DNA of 62,503 bases, the filler included, from Catajapyx aquilonaris (lineage: Eukaryota): assembly GCA_000934665.2 (NCBI GenBank). It is 2 parts of 2 records of this genome, joined end to end, with 100 filler letters (N's around TTAATTAATTAA, not from the genome) between each part and the next. Parts side by side here need not be neighbours in the genome. Positions count along the whole stretch, not along the records: positions 1 to 31,152 come from KZ539176.1; 1 more part is not named here. One strand, written 5' to 3'. The number at the start of each line of letters is the position of its first letter. Position 1 is the stretch's first letter. The notes under the pieces were generated by a model. The model was not told where the DNA came from, made no database searches, and was given only the letters and a program-made list of their open reading frames with translations. The position numbers and the translations under genes are program-made. Shown piece by piece: positions 11,527 through 23,200 of this stretch.

Positions 11527-11790
11527 AGGGGGAGCTATATGAGCAAGGTGACTCCCACCAATCAGCCCGATCACGCCAGGGAACCCAGCACGAGAGAACT
11601 CTTGCTTCATATTCCTGACTTCCTGTGGGGTGCGGGGGTATCTAATCCACCACTGCGGGGCTAGGTGATGGTCGATGGCTGTGGTGACTGAGGTTACCAC
11701 GTTGCTCACTGTCGACTGTGAAACCCCATGGTACAGGTTGGCCGCAACCTCTTCTTGATAGGACCCTGCGGCATAAAACCGCATAGCATT
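11527..11790 (-). mobile_element. PIF/Harbinger (HARBI1-like) transposase fragment
   Basis: LRFYAAGSYQ...GVSQSTVSNVV...IRYP...GFPGVIGLIGGSH (catalytic D degenerate). Confidence 0.85.
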
Positions 11791-12109
11791 CCCAAATTAA
11801 TATCTGGAAGGGCATGATTGAGTACATGCATCAGTCCAGTTTCCCCTCCTGTTTGTGTATTACTTTTGAACCTCAACTTCAATTAGAGCATTAGTAATAA
11901 AATAATTTAAAAGGTGATTTGTGGGGTTCTTGAGGGAAACAATTTTTTTCACAGAGATAAGCAAGTCTTGATTCATTACAAATGCATTATAAAAGCAATG
12001 GAATAATCTAAATGCTAAAAACCTATGCATTGTCGCTATTTATAATTATTTTCAGTCCAACACTACTCGTCTAATTCATCGCAGGCGCTACTGTTGTCGT
12101 CGTCTTCTT

Positions 12110-14080
12110 CATCTTCTTTGGATGACACTAGAACCTTTTGATAATAGGCCTGGCTGGCTGGCTGGCTCTAAGTACTGCAGTAGCATATTCAGGGCATGAA
12201 TTCCCCCCCNNNNNNNNNNNCCCCCCAGATAGAGCCAAAGGTGCATTGTACAGCCTAAGAAAACTGATTTCATTTGGCATGGTTTTCTTATTGCGCACAT
12301 AACAGAAAACCCAAGGTCCTGAAAAAGTACTTGGAACTGCGACTACACCTGGCTGAGTTACTTTATACTGGAGCATACGTGCAGTTTTGAGTGGTACTTT
12401 GGCCCTTGCTTGTTTGAGGAAATAAGGTGATAGGGCATCAGACACATTGTAAACCATGTCTTGATCTACCTGCACAACGGTGAAGGGTGATGGGTTTGCT
12501 CTTTCTGTGGAAATAACATCATACCACTCACTTTCAGTTTCACTCTTTTTGTGTCTTTGTTATCTATCATGCTAAAATCCTGATTATTTGGTAAAAATGA
12601 GTCCCCTCGCACAGGGAAAATGTGTGTGACTGTGTCAAATATCCATAGTGAATGAACAATGGCATACAAAAAGCGCAACATAACATAATTTTTGTTCTGC
12701 CCAGGACAGCTATCGCTCAAGATTACCAGTGAGAGAGCAGAAGGCTTTTTCTCCAACAGCTTTGATGAGAAATTGGAACAACATTGATGTGACGTCGCTT
12801 TGTCCGCGCTTAGCAACTGTCTCATTGTAAGAATACATAGTTGCAGAATCATTCGACAAGTCATGCACCCCAAAAACATACAACCAAGGTTGACGGGAAT
12901 AAAACGCTCGCACTATGGTCCAACAAAGACTGGATCTGTTGATAAACATGGTGTCTATCAGTAGAAGACGGCGGACACAATGCCTGTCCCCGGCCGGCCA
13001 TGACAGCCTTAGGTTTAATAAAGAAAAACAAACCCGGGGTACGCCGCACTTTTAAATAATACTACAGTTCTTTCTCTTTAAAGTCCACTGTGGCTCGGTT
13101 TGTGCGAATATGAGGCAATGGTAGATTTTGCATGAAATCTATGGAAATGACTAAAATGTCATTTGATTCACGACATTTTTGCATGCAAAGGCGACGCAAC
13201 TGGTAAAATTTTTCACTTCTTGCCAGATGCAACTCTTTCTCCTGTTATTCAACCGATTGTACCGCTCTGAATCTCCATCTGTTGTACCAAGGTATCGCAT
13301 GTCCCACATGTGTCACTTCTGGGCATTCCAAACTTTAAATTGAAAGTCTCAGTAAAATCTTTCCAATAGACTTTGTACAGGACATCTGAGAAGTTTGTTT
13401 CTTTCACGAACATTTCATGCATCTTTTTGATGGAAAGGGTTTCTGGGAGGTAGTAGATGTTTGGGTTTTTTTTTCTGCGAGAATAGTGAGATTGCCTTGG
13501 TTTGAAAGACTTGACATGATCTTTTATGGCTTCTGTAACAATACTACTTGTCTTGTTCCACTGCTTTCCGTGCTTTCCTCTCTTGTCCTTTGGTGAAACA
13601 CCCACCTTATTAACAGGATGATGTTGAAGCCGACGTAGTCTATCACTAGTGATGCCATGAAGGCTGCAGAAGGCTTTTGCACATACTGAGATTTCCGATT
13701 CCTCTATGTATGCAGCCAAAATGTTGCTTTTTGAAAATCAGAGGACTGTCGTCTGCATCTGAAGCTTCATTTTCACTTGTCTCCATGTGTTGTGGTTCCT
13801 CGGTGTTGATATCATCTGGTTTCTGCTTACGCCTTCTCTTAGGAACATTATAGGACACCAGTCCTGCAGGTAAAATTCGGGTAATTAATATCGTAATAAT
13901 TTTAACTGCTCAAATTAGGTATGTCAGTATGACTGTTAGTGTTCATACTGTCTCGATAAAAAGCATTTTCCTCACCACACAGGTAATGGTCCTGATCATC
14001 TTTCGATGTCATGTTGTTAAACCTGCTTAACAGCAACAAACGCTTCTCTGGCCCAACTTTTGTGAAGCATTTCAGGCGTG
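12110..14080 (-). mobile_element. Sola1-type transposase, near full length, degenerate
   Basis: QDHYLC, intron 13864-13975, GLV; VCAKAFCSLHGI; DKRGKH; SHYSR; FNLKFGMPRSDTCGTCD; IDFMQNLPLP; AFYSRQ; AKRG; SDSCPGQNKN; FPVRGDSFLP. Contains frameshifts and a 182-bp insertion. Confidence 0.85.
12911..13092. mobile_element. Non-autonomous Transib-like element (182 bp)
   Basis: Termini CACTATGGTC and (reverse complement) CACAGTGGAC; 5-bp TSD GCTCG at 12906-12910 and 13093-13097. Excision restores the host reading RTNRAFYSRQ. Confidence 0.8.
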
Positions 14081-14099
14081 AGCATCAGTCTTTGCAAAG

Positions 14100-14575
14100 C
14101 TGAAGCCAGTGCAGTAGTGACATGGTCATGTGAGAGTCTTTCAAGGCTTCCTATGCCATCAAATATGTGCTGCACTGTCACTTTTGGAATGTGCTTGTCT
14201 GAATATAATTATTCTAAATAAAAATGACCAACAGCCTTATTAAATGCTGATGCATCAGTATTTCCTTCCTCACGAAAATCATCGCCTTCAGTTTCAAAAT
14301 GCACTACTTCATTGTTCCCTGAATTTTGATCTACATCTGCAGTGTCACCTAATGTCTGTTCAGCTTGGTCTGAATTTGTGTGACTATCCTGATGTACTTG
14401 ATAAATGGCGTTAATATCCAGCACGGTAGAGCTGTTATGATGCCTGCTGCACACATGCGAAATGAAAGATGACTTATTTGCATAAGTCCTTGCGAGGTAT
14501 GCCACTATGCCTTCCAACAATACCTGCATAATTGGGAAAATTTTCACATGAAACAATGGTATGGCATGGGGAAAG
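14100..14575 (-). mobile_element. Second EnSpm/CMC-like transposase N-terminal fragment
   Basis: Degenerate finger RTYANKSSFISHVCSRHH, acidic linker, AVGHFYLE*LYSDKHIPKVTVQHIFDGI. Confidence 0.55.
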
Positions 14576-14714
14576 AGATAAAACCAGCATTAATCGCAAG
14601 CAGGTGTTATATGCAGGAGTGTGCATTTGTGGTTTTACTCTATTGAACACATCATATTAGGAAAAATACTGGTGGTAAAAATTCCACATCTTGGATTGTT
14701 CATCAAATCTACTT

Positions 14715-16633
14715 ACGCAACAGCGTGTCATACTCTGCTGCAGGTAGCGGAGTTTTCGTCCCTCGAGACCCTTTGGCCGTCATACCAGGCAGCTCCTCAG
14801 GTGTGTGGAGGGTGGTGAGGAATTTCCTCACCATATGTCCCACAGATGCCGTGGACAGTTCCAGAGCCGTCTTCTGAGGTTGCGTCATCCAAATCCCACA
14901 TCCAGGGAGAATTTCAACCTGTCACGGTACAATTATAAACATTTTGGATTACCAGATAGAGACGGATAATAATTAAAAGATACAGTGATTATGGTTCATT
15001 CAGTTAGTGAGCTGAGACTTGTTTCTGTAGTATAAAAGTACTTATTTGGTCCGCTTTAGATTGCGCGAGGGCGAGGGTCGGTGTCCCTGCGGGAGGGGGC
15101 GGCGGACTCCTGATCACGTGTTGTGGCACTGCGGGACTCCGGAGCTGAGGGAGGCCCGCTCCGAGGTGATGCGGCTGGCCTTGCGGAGCGGTGCTGGCTG
15201 GCCCCCTTCTCCAAGGATGCTCATGGGATCTCTTCTGAGGAGCTTCAATTCTCTTTGTTTGGCGGCTGATGCTTGGCTCCAGGGGATCAATGGATGAATA
15301 TGGTGTGTCACCGTACGGCGAGCTCCGTCGCCGGCGGAGTTTTAAAGTGTACTGGTTTGGTTCTCTTGGTCCCCCTCTCTCGGGTTTGGTTCTCTTGGTC
15401 TCTTGGTTCTCTTGGTTCTCTAAATCTGAGGTGGTGAAGGGTTTCGCTCTAAATTGTATGCGTCTCTGCGCGTTTTGGTGGTTGCTTTTGTGGTCGCGCC
15501 TTGGGGGTTTTCGGTTTTCGGGTTTATCCAGGTTTGTTTGGCTCTTCTTGTTTGTTTATGATGTTGTCACTATTCGGTGATTAGATGTTGATGGAGCCGG
15601 GGGCTGTAGATGGCTATGCCGGGTAAGCCCCCTTATATACATATCTAATACTAAAGTATAAAAGTAATTCCGTAAAGGGTAGGTAAAGGGTAGTTTTCAG
15701 TGCACACCCAGTACCAAAATATTGGAAGTAGGACAGCAAACATGTGATTTCTTCTGATTGATGCTAACTTTTCGTTACTTAGTGTTACTCACAAGTGCAT
15801 AAGTATGTACTGTACTGTATAAAAGCAGAAAGTACCATTCATGCAGATATACCGTACCTTATTCGATGCGGGCGCAGTTGCATCTCTGGGATGTAGCCAT
15901 ACTGACATGGACTGATTCTAAAAGCATTTAAAAACATAAATTAGTACACGTTACTGTTTCAATAACAGTGAAAATAAAAACCATACCAAGTCGGAGCAAG
16001 GTGCCAAACGCCGACTCATTTCGGCCATGAAAATGATAGCTTCAGGAGGTGCTGCGAAGGTTACAAAAAAAAAAATTTAAGCTCATGCAAAATGTCACAG
16101 AAAACACTTAAATTTGTACAACATACATAATTCCCATAACTTTGTTTGAAAAAATTCAGTTCCTCCTGGAGGCTGGCAATGATTTTATTTTTATCCTCAA
16201 TGATCTTCCGCAGCTCATTAACCTCAGCCTGTGGGTCTGGAGCACCTGTTATAGGTGACATACACGGCCCATTGTCCACATCTTCATCTTCGTACACTTC
16301 ATTCAGAAGCTCTTGGGCAGCATGGAACGCACTCGCCACGTCTCTGAGTGTGCTGCTCTCAGTTGAATCATCAATGGTTTCTTGGGTTTCGAAGTCGATT
16401 CTCTTTTTCGCATTTGCAAACTTTGAAATTTGTTTTTTTTTTCTATTTTTTAACTCGTGCAGAGTTTGACTTCTGATACTGTCATTGTCTTCTTCATCGT
16501 CAGAGGGCACCAGAACTGGTTTCTTCTTTTGTGGCCGTAGTGGGTCACGATGCACCAGCTTTCCATCCTCATCAAACGATACTTGGCCATCATATTCACT
16601 TAACTCACCAGGGTCATCTGAAATATTATGCAT
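14715..16633 (-). pseudogene. Multi-exon coiled-coil plus BEN-domain gene fragment (probably a transposon accessory gene)
   Basis: Exon 16130-16633: acidic region and coiled coil EVNELRKIIEDKNKIIASLQEELNFFK. Short GT-AG-bounded exons at ~15987-16050 and ~15857-15910. Exon ~14715-14918: VEILPGCGIWMTQPQKTALELSTASVGHMVRKFLTTLHTPEELPGMTAKG, BEN-like. Confidence 0.55.
15041..15654 (+). mobile_element. 5'-truncated R1-clade non-LTR retrotransposon (ORF2 C-terminal CCHC and 3' UTR)
   Basis: RFRLREGEGRCPCGRGRRTPDHVLWHC...GWP; 12-bp TSD AGTATAAAAGTA at 15029-15040 and 15655-15666. Confidence 0.85.
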
Positions 16634-17379
16634 GTTTAGCCCAGGGTCATAATTAGGACTACAACTGCATTCACATATCGACTATTCTGGCCCAAAAGGT
16701 TGATGTTTGCAGTTGTGTGTAAAGTTTAGAAAGACGGCACTATGGGATATAAAGAAACATTACCCGCTATTGCTGCAATCATTGCTGGCGTCTTTACTGT
16801 TGGAGTGTAGGGCAAGTAGTCCTTTGCACTATGATCTCTCGGTGATCAACTCTGCCTGTTAGCCAACTCAGCAGCGACAGTGGCTGCTGAGTTGAACAAC
16901 GTATGACATTTGTTTTTGCTTTTGAGGGACCATTTTTACATACACTTTTCCTTCTCGTGTCATATTTGATGGTGGGCACTCTAGCTGAACTGGTTAATGA
17001 TTCACTACCCACTTTGCACTCGCGTTGCAGGGCTGGGGTTAAACTGGTTTTCTAGTGGGTGTGAACCCTGGAATGGTGAGGTATTTTCTTCTTCTTCTCG
17101 CCCTGCAGTATTAGCACTTGACACTTTTGCATTGATGATTACGTTGGTAGAGGATGGTGTGACCGCAAGGTTCAATAATGCATAAAACAACGGGATCTCA
17201 CTGGACTGATTCATTCGCATTTGGAACACAACGTAAATAAGGAAAAGGATGGGAGTGAAATATGGAGAGGAGCGGTTTGTGGACGTGACCAATCGCCAGC
17301 ATGGGGCGCTGACGATTTGTGTTTGGGTCATATCCTGAAACACACAGATGGGGACGGAGAAGGCTCGAACAATCTCGGT

Positions 17380-17745
17380 AGAGGTTCCATCCACAGGTGC
17401 CAGGCCCACCAACAGCTGTTTTCCATAGTCCGCGGTGCACTCCCACAATGTAAGGAAGTCAGCTCCCAAAGCGAAGGGGTGAATCTGGGATGGCACAATG
17501 TGGAAAGCCTTTTGGAACACGTACCCAGCCATTTCTACTGGTAGAGAAATTCGTCCGAGGGGCTGCACGATGCTTCCTTCAGCTGTGGCAATCAAGGTTG
17601 TTCCGACTGGTAGAATGATAGGTCGGAGGGCCATCGGGAGTTCGTCCACCACCGACGTAGTCACGGTGGAGGTAGATGCCAACCCAGCTACCGCTGCCTT
17701 GTAGGGCTTCCCGTAAATGGAGATTGATACTGTTGCGCCGGTCTT
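17380..17745 (-). mobile_element. Gypsy-type aspartic protease fragment (catalytic DTG degenerate)
   Basis: ISIYGKPYKAAVAGLASTSTV...IATAEGSIVQPLGRISLPVEMAG...FHIVP...FALGADFL. Confidence 0.75.
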
Positions 17746-18614
17746 CCATCCGCCCATTGACGCGGCCGCGAGAAATGTGGCCATCTCGACTTGAATGTAG
17801 TTCACCAGAGAGCGTCTGTTGGTGCACTCAATCACAACAAGCAACTGATTAAACACATCCCCATCTTGGACATTTTATACACCCGGAAATATGGGGAAAG
17901 GGGAGGCGTCATTTGAACATGCCACTACAACTCCGGTCGGGATGATTTGGAAAATGGACCCTTAGTTTTTGCAAGGCCGTTCTCCACTGGGGTGATTATA
18001 CTCACATACACAACAGATAGCATACTTAAATAGATTTGGCGACGTCAATCCATATATTCGTGTCCTATATTGCACAAACGAATGAATACCGACCACGTCG
18101 GGGATGACGGTGTCGTTATTTCCGGTAACAGCACTTTGATGACAGGCTGTCCAAAAAACCGGGCGTAGCCATACCAAGGCACAACGGCTTCCAGCGGCTC
18201 AGAGGTCTGCCTGTTTAGCAAAACTTGTCCACACGAACCAAGCTGCACAGAGGTCTTCACGTGGATCGGCGATACTTGTCCATCCTTGAAGTCCGGTGAC
18301 TCAGGGATCTGCCCACTTGGCGGCGAGGTTTGTTCACCAGAGAGGGACGGCTCAGAGGTCTGCACACGTCCATAGGAGGACTTCTCGTACGGTTTTTCGG
18401 GTCCATATGCCTCCTCTCCACATTTGAATTTCAGGTTCAACTGGTCGGTTGACCAGTTTCCATTTAGCGACCCACTCCTCTATGAGTCTTCCTTCCAGGC
18501 CGTTTACCCAGGGTGAGGACAGTAAGAGGGGTCAAGAGCGCATGTGCTCAAGGAAAATACGAAATAGTGAAGGTGCCACTATTCCAAAGGAAAGGGGGAG
18601 AGGAATTTGGTATC

Positions 18615-18975
18615 TGAGGTATCTGAGATTTCTACTTTACTTCCTGCAGGAGCTCCTTTTTCCAACTCTGGTGCGTGTCGTTTTCGTTTGAAAATGAACA
18701 TCGGTGGGATCCGGCTGCACTCACACAACATACAACAGTGGTGTTCACTCCTCTCTCCCCACTACTTGCTGCCCCAACCTGATGTTTTCCATTACGGCCG
18801 ACTACTTTTTGTGGCTTCTTTTGGACAGTTGTGTATCCACTCTCATCCGCATTGTAGATTTTTGTGCCACTCAGCTGATGTTTATCCACAAGTCCTTCCA
18901 GAATATAAAAAAATTGACCTTCTCTCTCTCTCTCGGCTGAAGCCCGTCATCCTAGCAATTGGATAGTTGTCTCAT
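18615..18975 (-). mobile_element. pogo/Fot1-like (DDE_1) transposase fragment
   Basis: KIYNADESGYTTVQ...SGERGVNTTVVCCVSAAG/IPPMFIFKRKR...GAPAGS. Confidence 0.88.
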
Positions 18976-18989
18976 GACGTCAACTTGTT

Positions 18990-20419
18990 TCAAAATGGCA
19001 TCTTCGATCATGTCTGGGTTTTTTTCTTTTAGGGGGGGGNGCTGATGGTTTCCATTTCAGTGCTGCTTCTGTTACGTTCTGTTGAATTGCAGCCTCGTCC
19101 ATCGCCAGGTCCAGTGTGTCAGTTTTAAGGGGATCTTCTGGACCATAGTCATCATTCGAGTTTTCACCATCATACCGGCTCTCTCCACCATCGGCCTGGC
19201 TCCCCCCCTCATCTCTCATTATCAATGTAAAAGGTGATAGGGGTTCCCTCCTCCCCTAATGTTGATGAAACATTCCCAGATGTGCTGTAGAGAAAATGTA
19301 TGAATTAGAGCTTGTGCTTTAGCTCACCACCAGTCTATAGTACCTTCTCTCCACTTTCGTGTCCCCTAGAAATCTCATCATTTCGAAACAGGCCCACTTG
19401 GTGACGTACACTTCTGCTGTCCCCGAACCTGATCGCGCCGACATCGCCATCTTCCTTTGCTCTCGGGTGTACCCGTCCCGGAGAGTTTTAAATCATGCCT
19501 TTATGTCAGCTACTAGATTTTAGAAAAGAAAAAAAAGCATGATTAGGAATACGTGACACTTTGCCATTAGTAAATACCCGTATCTGTACTAACTTGTATG
19601 TTATCAATAACTGCATGGAATTTCCTTTTTGGTTACAATCCAGTAAATCAATGGTTACTCTCTAAAAAAAGTAGAGTTAAAAAAAACTCAATAAGAGTTA
19701 ATTTAACTCTTATTTTTTTAGAGAGTAGCTGATTATCATATCATTATAACATTGAGATACGGTACCTAATGATCTTTGAAATATTTGTATGGAACTATGC
19801 AGATTATAACTCAAGTTCAACCTAACCCTTGATTTCAGTATGAGGGCTAACAATGCGCGACTGAATTTTTGGATAATCACACTCTGGCGTGGAATTACCC
19901 TGCACAATACTACTGGTTTGGTTGCTTCCATGGGGTCGCTTCTACTTTATTTATTTTCATGCTTACGTAAGCTACGAGTATGTCAGCCCTTATGATTTTT
20001 TAAATGCTGTACAACATGCCAAATGCTGCCAAAATGGCAGTCCTAATGATTTCATGACACGTGATACCTTTAATAATTCATGACAATAGAGTTCACCCCG
20101 TTCTACGGTATGCAAAATTTATTTATGGGCACCTTTGTATCTCGGTGGCAGCAGAGTTTTTTATTATTATTTTTACTCAAGCAAGTTGAGAGGTGGGGTG
20201 CATTGCAGGAACTGGTAACAATAATTAATACCTACCACTTGCGTGCATTTTCCTGGCAATATCTGCCCACAGCGCATTGACGACGTTTTTTTTGTGGTCC
20301 TTGTTTCTGGGATTCCAGATAGCCTCTGCCTCCGACACGTATTTGGCCAGCACCTCGCAGTCCTCTGCGTACTCGCTCTTCCTGCCTCTCACACGTGTAG
20401 GCGCAATTTTGGGGCCCAT
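18990..20419 (-). mobile_element. Three-exon MADF/Myb-SANT gene fragment (Harbinger ORF2-like)
   Basis: Exon ~20234-20419 VLAKYVSEAEAIWNPRNKDHKKNVVNALWADIARKM; exon ~19345-19495 FKTLRDGYTREQRK...SGSGTAEVYVTKWACFEMMRFL; exon ~18990-19284 TSGNV plus acidic linker and PPKRKKPR. Confidence 0.75.
19658..19725. mobile_element. 68-bp TA-flanked miniature inverted-repeat remnant
   Basis: TA-CTCTCTAAAAAA...TTTTTTAGAGAG-TA with internal AGAGTTAA repeats. Confidence 0.55.
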
Positions 20420-20823
20420 TTTGGCACGGAGAGGGAAGGGAATGGGAAGGGGCGAAGTCGGACAGGAAGGAGATAGGAAGAGGAACACACCCGAGGAGGA
20501 GGAGGAATAGGAAAGAAAGGTTACCCACAATTTGCTCAGGACAAATAAATACAATTCATTCAGTAGTACTACTGAGATAGTAGTAGTGCATTTGGCTAAG
20601 GTCTTACCGCATTCCATGGATATGAAATATAACTACAGAAAGGAGGTAATAAGAGCAGGGCAAGGTAACGGTAAATTTGAAAATGCTAGGATATTGGCTG
20701 TGGAAAAAGGCATATTAACCACACTTGAAAGTATACACATGTGCAATGTAAATATCTTTATTTGATACGTATCAGCTCAGCTCAGATCATTTGTGTAACA
20801 CAGTTGCCCATTTTCGCTTTACA

Positions 20824-22090
20824 TTAGAGCTCCTTGACACGTGGCACAACTCGAAGAGCCTCATTCATTCTAAACCTGAGGAAATAGTGCACCCTCATGT
20901 TTAGATACGCTTTCAGAATACGTTCAGGAAGGTCTTCACAATAGTTGCCTTTCCCAAGGACACCACCATTTCGACACTTAAGTTTGGAAACATGATCCAT
21001 GATTTTCCTCTGTGCTGTTGCAACTAACCCCAACACATGTACATTGCCATTTAAAAACGGGATCAATATTGTATTACACAGGCGGATAAACCGGAACATC
21101 GCTGTAGAAGGCAAGTGAAATGAACCAAAGTCATTGTTATCAGACTGGTTCTGTAGGGACTGGTACGTTTTAGACCTGGTGAATTCTTGATAGAATTTCT
21201 CTGCTTTTCTCACATCATTAAGTAATGCAGCCCTACATTCCTTACAATCATGACATTTCAGCACCCTTTTGCATACCCAACCAGCAATGTAATAGTCAGC
21301 ATTCTGGCTGCATATTTCATTGACATCATCTTAATGTATTGGAAGCTCTTCCTCTTCCAGGGATTCACCATTATCATCTTGCACCAAGTCTGAGGTCAAA
21401 TTACTTTGTGGTACTATCGTACTTGTCAGTGCATGAGCCTTCAAGAGAAACTCTCCCAGGTCATCCTCACAATTTTTGCCCAACCCAACACATGAAAACA
21501 AAGTTGATGTGGAAATTCTTTCCAAGCTGCACCGAAATTCTGATAATCTGGGATTGAACCTGAACCCCCCCGACCCCGAATCTTGGCAAATAAATTCTCT
21601 AAGCAGTCTTGGTTAATATTTCTTGTGGACAAGTACGGCACATTGTGATTTGTTTTTAAATCCTGCTTTCACAATACATTCATCTACATGTGGTGCTACC
21701 TGCCTACCAGTAAGTCCATCTTGTACGGCAAAGTAGCATATTGGCTGCTTCCATTTCCCACACAAAGAACGAAGCATGAAGACTAAAGCATGGTTGGCCA
21801 CTTCTGGAGCCCTATCACCACCTCCAAAATCAACAAATCCCTCTACCTTGTCCGCACTATTGTTGTAACTGAGACCAACCTTGAGTGACACCTCATCAAG
21901 GCAGAGTGTCACCAATTTGTTGATTGCAGGCATATGAGTGACTTTCTTCTTCAGTGCTTGGAATACTGTATCTTGCAGCCCAGCATCTAACCGATATGGT
22001 TTCAGCCAACTCCGCAGGGTTCTTTCCGTGGGCAGCCGGAATAATTTCCTACACATTCTGTAGGCAGCAGGTCCAGCATAATGTAATATA
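20824..22090 (-). mobile_element. P-element superfamily transposase, internally deleted
   Basis: GPAAYRMCRKLFRLPTERTL; LCLDEVSLK; GFVDFG; ANHALVFMLRSLCGKWKQPICYF; deletion near 21650; YLSTRNINQDCLENLFAKIRGRGG; YIAGWV; C-x2-C. Confidence 0.92.
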
Positions 22091-22549
22091 TGATCATACC
22101 CGTATCGTCGCTGCTTTTGAATAAGAGTCTTTGCCCCTCTAATTTCGCCCTTAAGGGGAGGGAACACTGAAACTTTGATTTTGGCTCCTACTTGAGGGAA
22201 TTGCCTAATTTTTGGTGATCTCATAGCAGATGTGTGTGGTATGTTGTACACCATTTTTCATGTTAATGTCTCCCCATACCTGAGATGTGGCACTCTCATT
22301 GCGACTTTTTTACGTTCATGAAAAACGCTCCTTGCGCATTCAATTTTGTTGAAGGTAGCTGAGAATGTGCCATCACTCTGTCAAGACTCTGCACAAACAA
22401 GATTACATGCCACTTTTTTTCAATTTCTTCCTGCATTAATATATTGTAAAAAAATAAGAAGGTATTGTCAATTTCAACAATTACAAATTTTAACAAATGT
22501 TCAGCATTGATGTTGGCAAATTAATTTAAACTTTAAGAGTGGCACTCAC

Positions 22550-23200
22550 CTCTGCAAAAGGTCTTTGTCAGCCATACGCTCATATACAGGTAGAATGTGT
22601 TTCAGCACTGTGCTGTTAATCTTCAGAGACGTGTCGGTGTGGGATTTGCTGTTTTCGTTTTTGGCAGCAGCTCTCTGAAAAAAAACACCATGAGTTCTCT
22701 CCATCAGGGCAAAAGCTATGGTTGTTGGAGCTGTCTGTCGAAGCGCAGTGATGGGGGTGTGGCTAAGACAGCTCGCATCATTTCATCTGGGTCTCCCCTG
22801 TGGTTGATAATGGCAAGGCGGTAGTAGGTACTGAGTTTTCTTATGACCTGTTCGGTGAGCTGGCCTTCACCTCTTCCTCCGAGAGTAATCTTCTTCACCT
22901 TGCAGTCCTTCACAAGTTTTTGAAGACAAGTAAATAACCGTTTGGAAACATGGTTGATGCACTCCTCTTTTGTAAGTTGCACCCCTGGTCCATATGGCTA
23001 CAACTCCTGCAGGCGCCTGCAGGTGGCTGAAGGTGGCTGAAGGTTTTTGAGTCACCGTCACTAAGCATGACAGTGTAACGCATGTTACACACACACACAC
23101 ACTCTCTCTGACCGTCTCCAAAGAATGGCAGCAGCAGCCATTTCCATGGCAGGAGAACTTCCTTCATAGTTCCTGTTGCATTCCGTTGAATCCATGTGCT
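22550..23200 (-). mobile_element. Kolobok (Mutator-like domain) transposase fragment
   Basis: NYEGSSPAMEMAAAAILWRRS; RYTVMLSDGDSKTF; KEECINHVSKRL; LGGRGEGQLT; YYRLAI; HSFCPDGENSWC; ends at a GT donor near 22549. Confidence 0.8.

Noticed and set aside
12210..12220. Short N run between poly-C tracts
   Set aside because: Sequencing gap in a homopolymer; the Sola1 sequence continues on both sides.
17005..17856. 283-aa ORF as a single gene
   Set aside because: Runs across fragment junctions; only the middle is protease-like, and its catalytic motif is lost.
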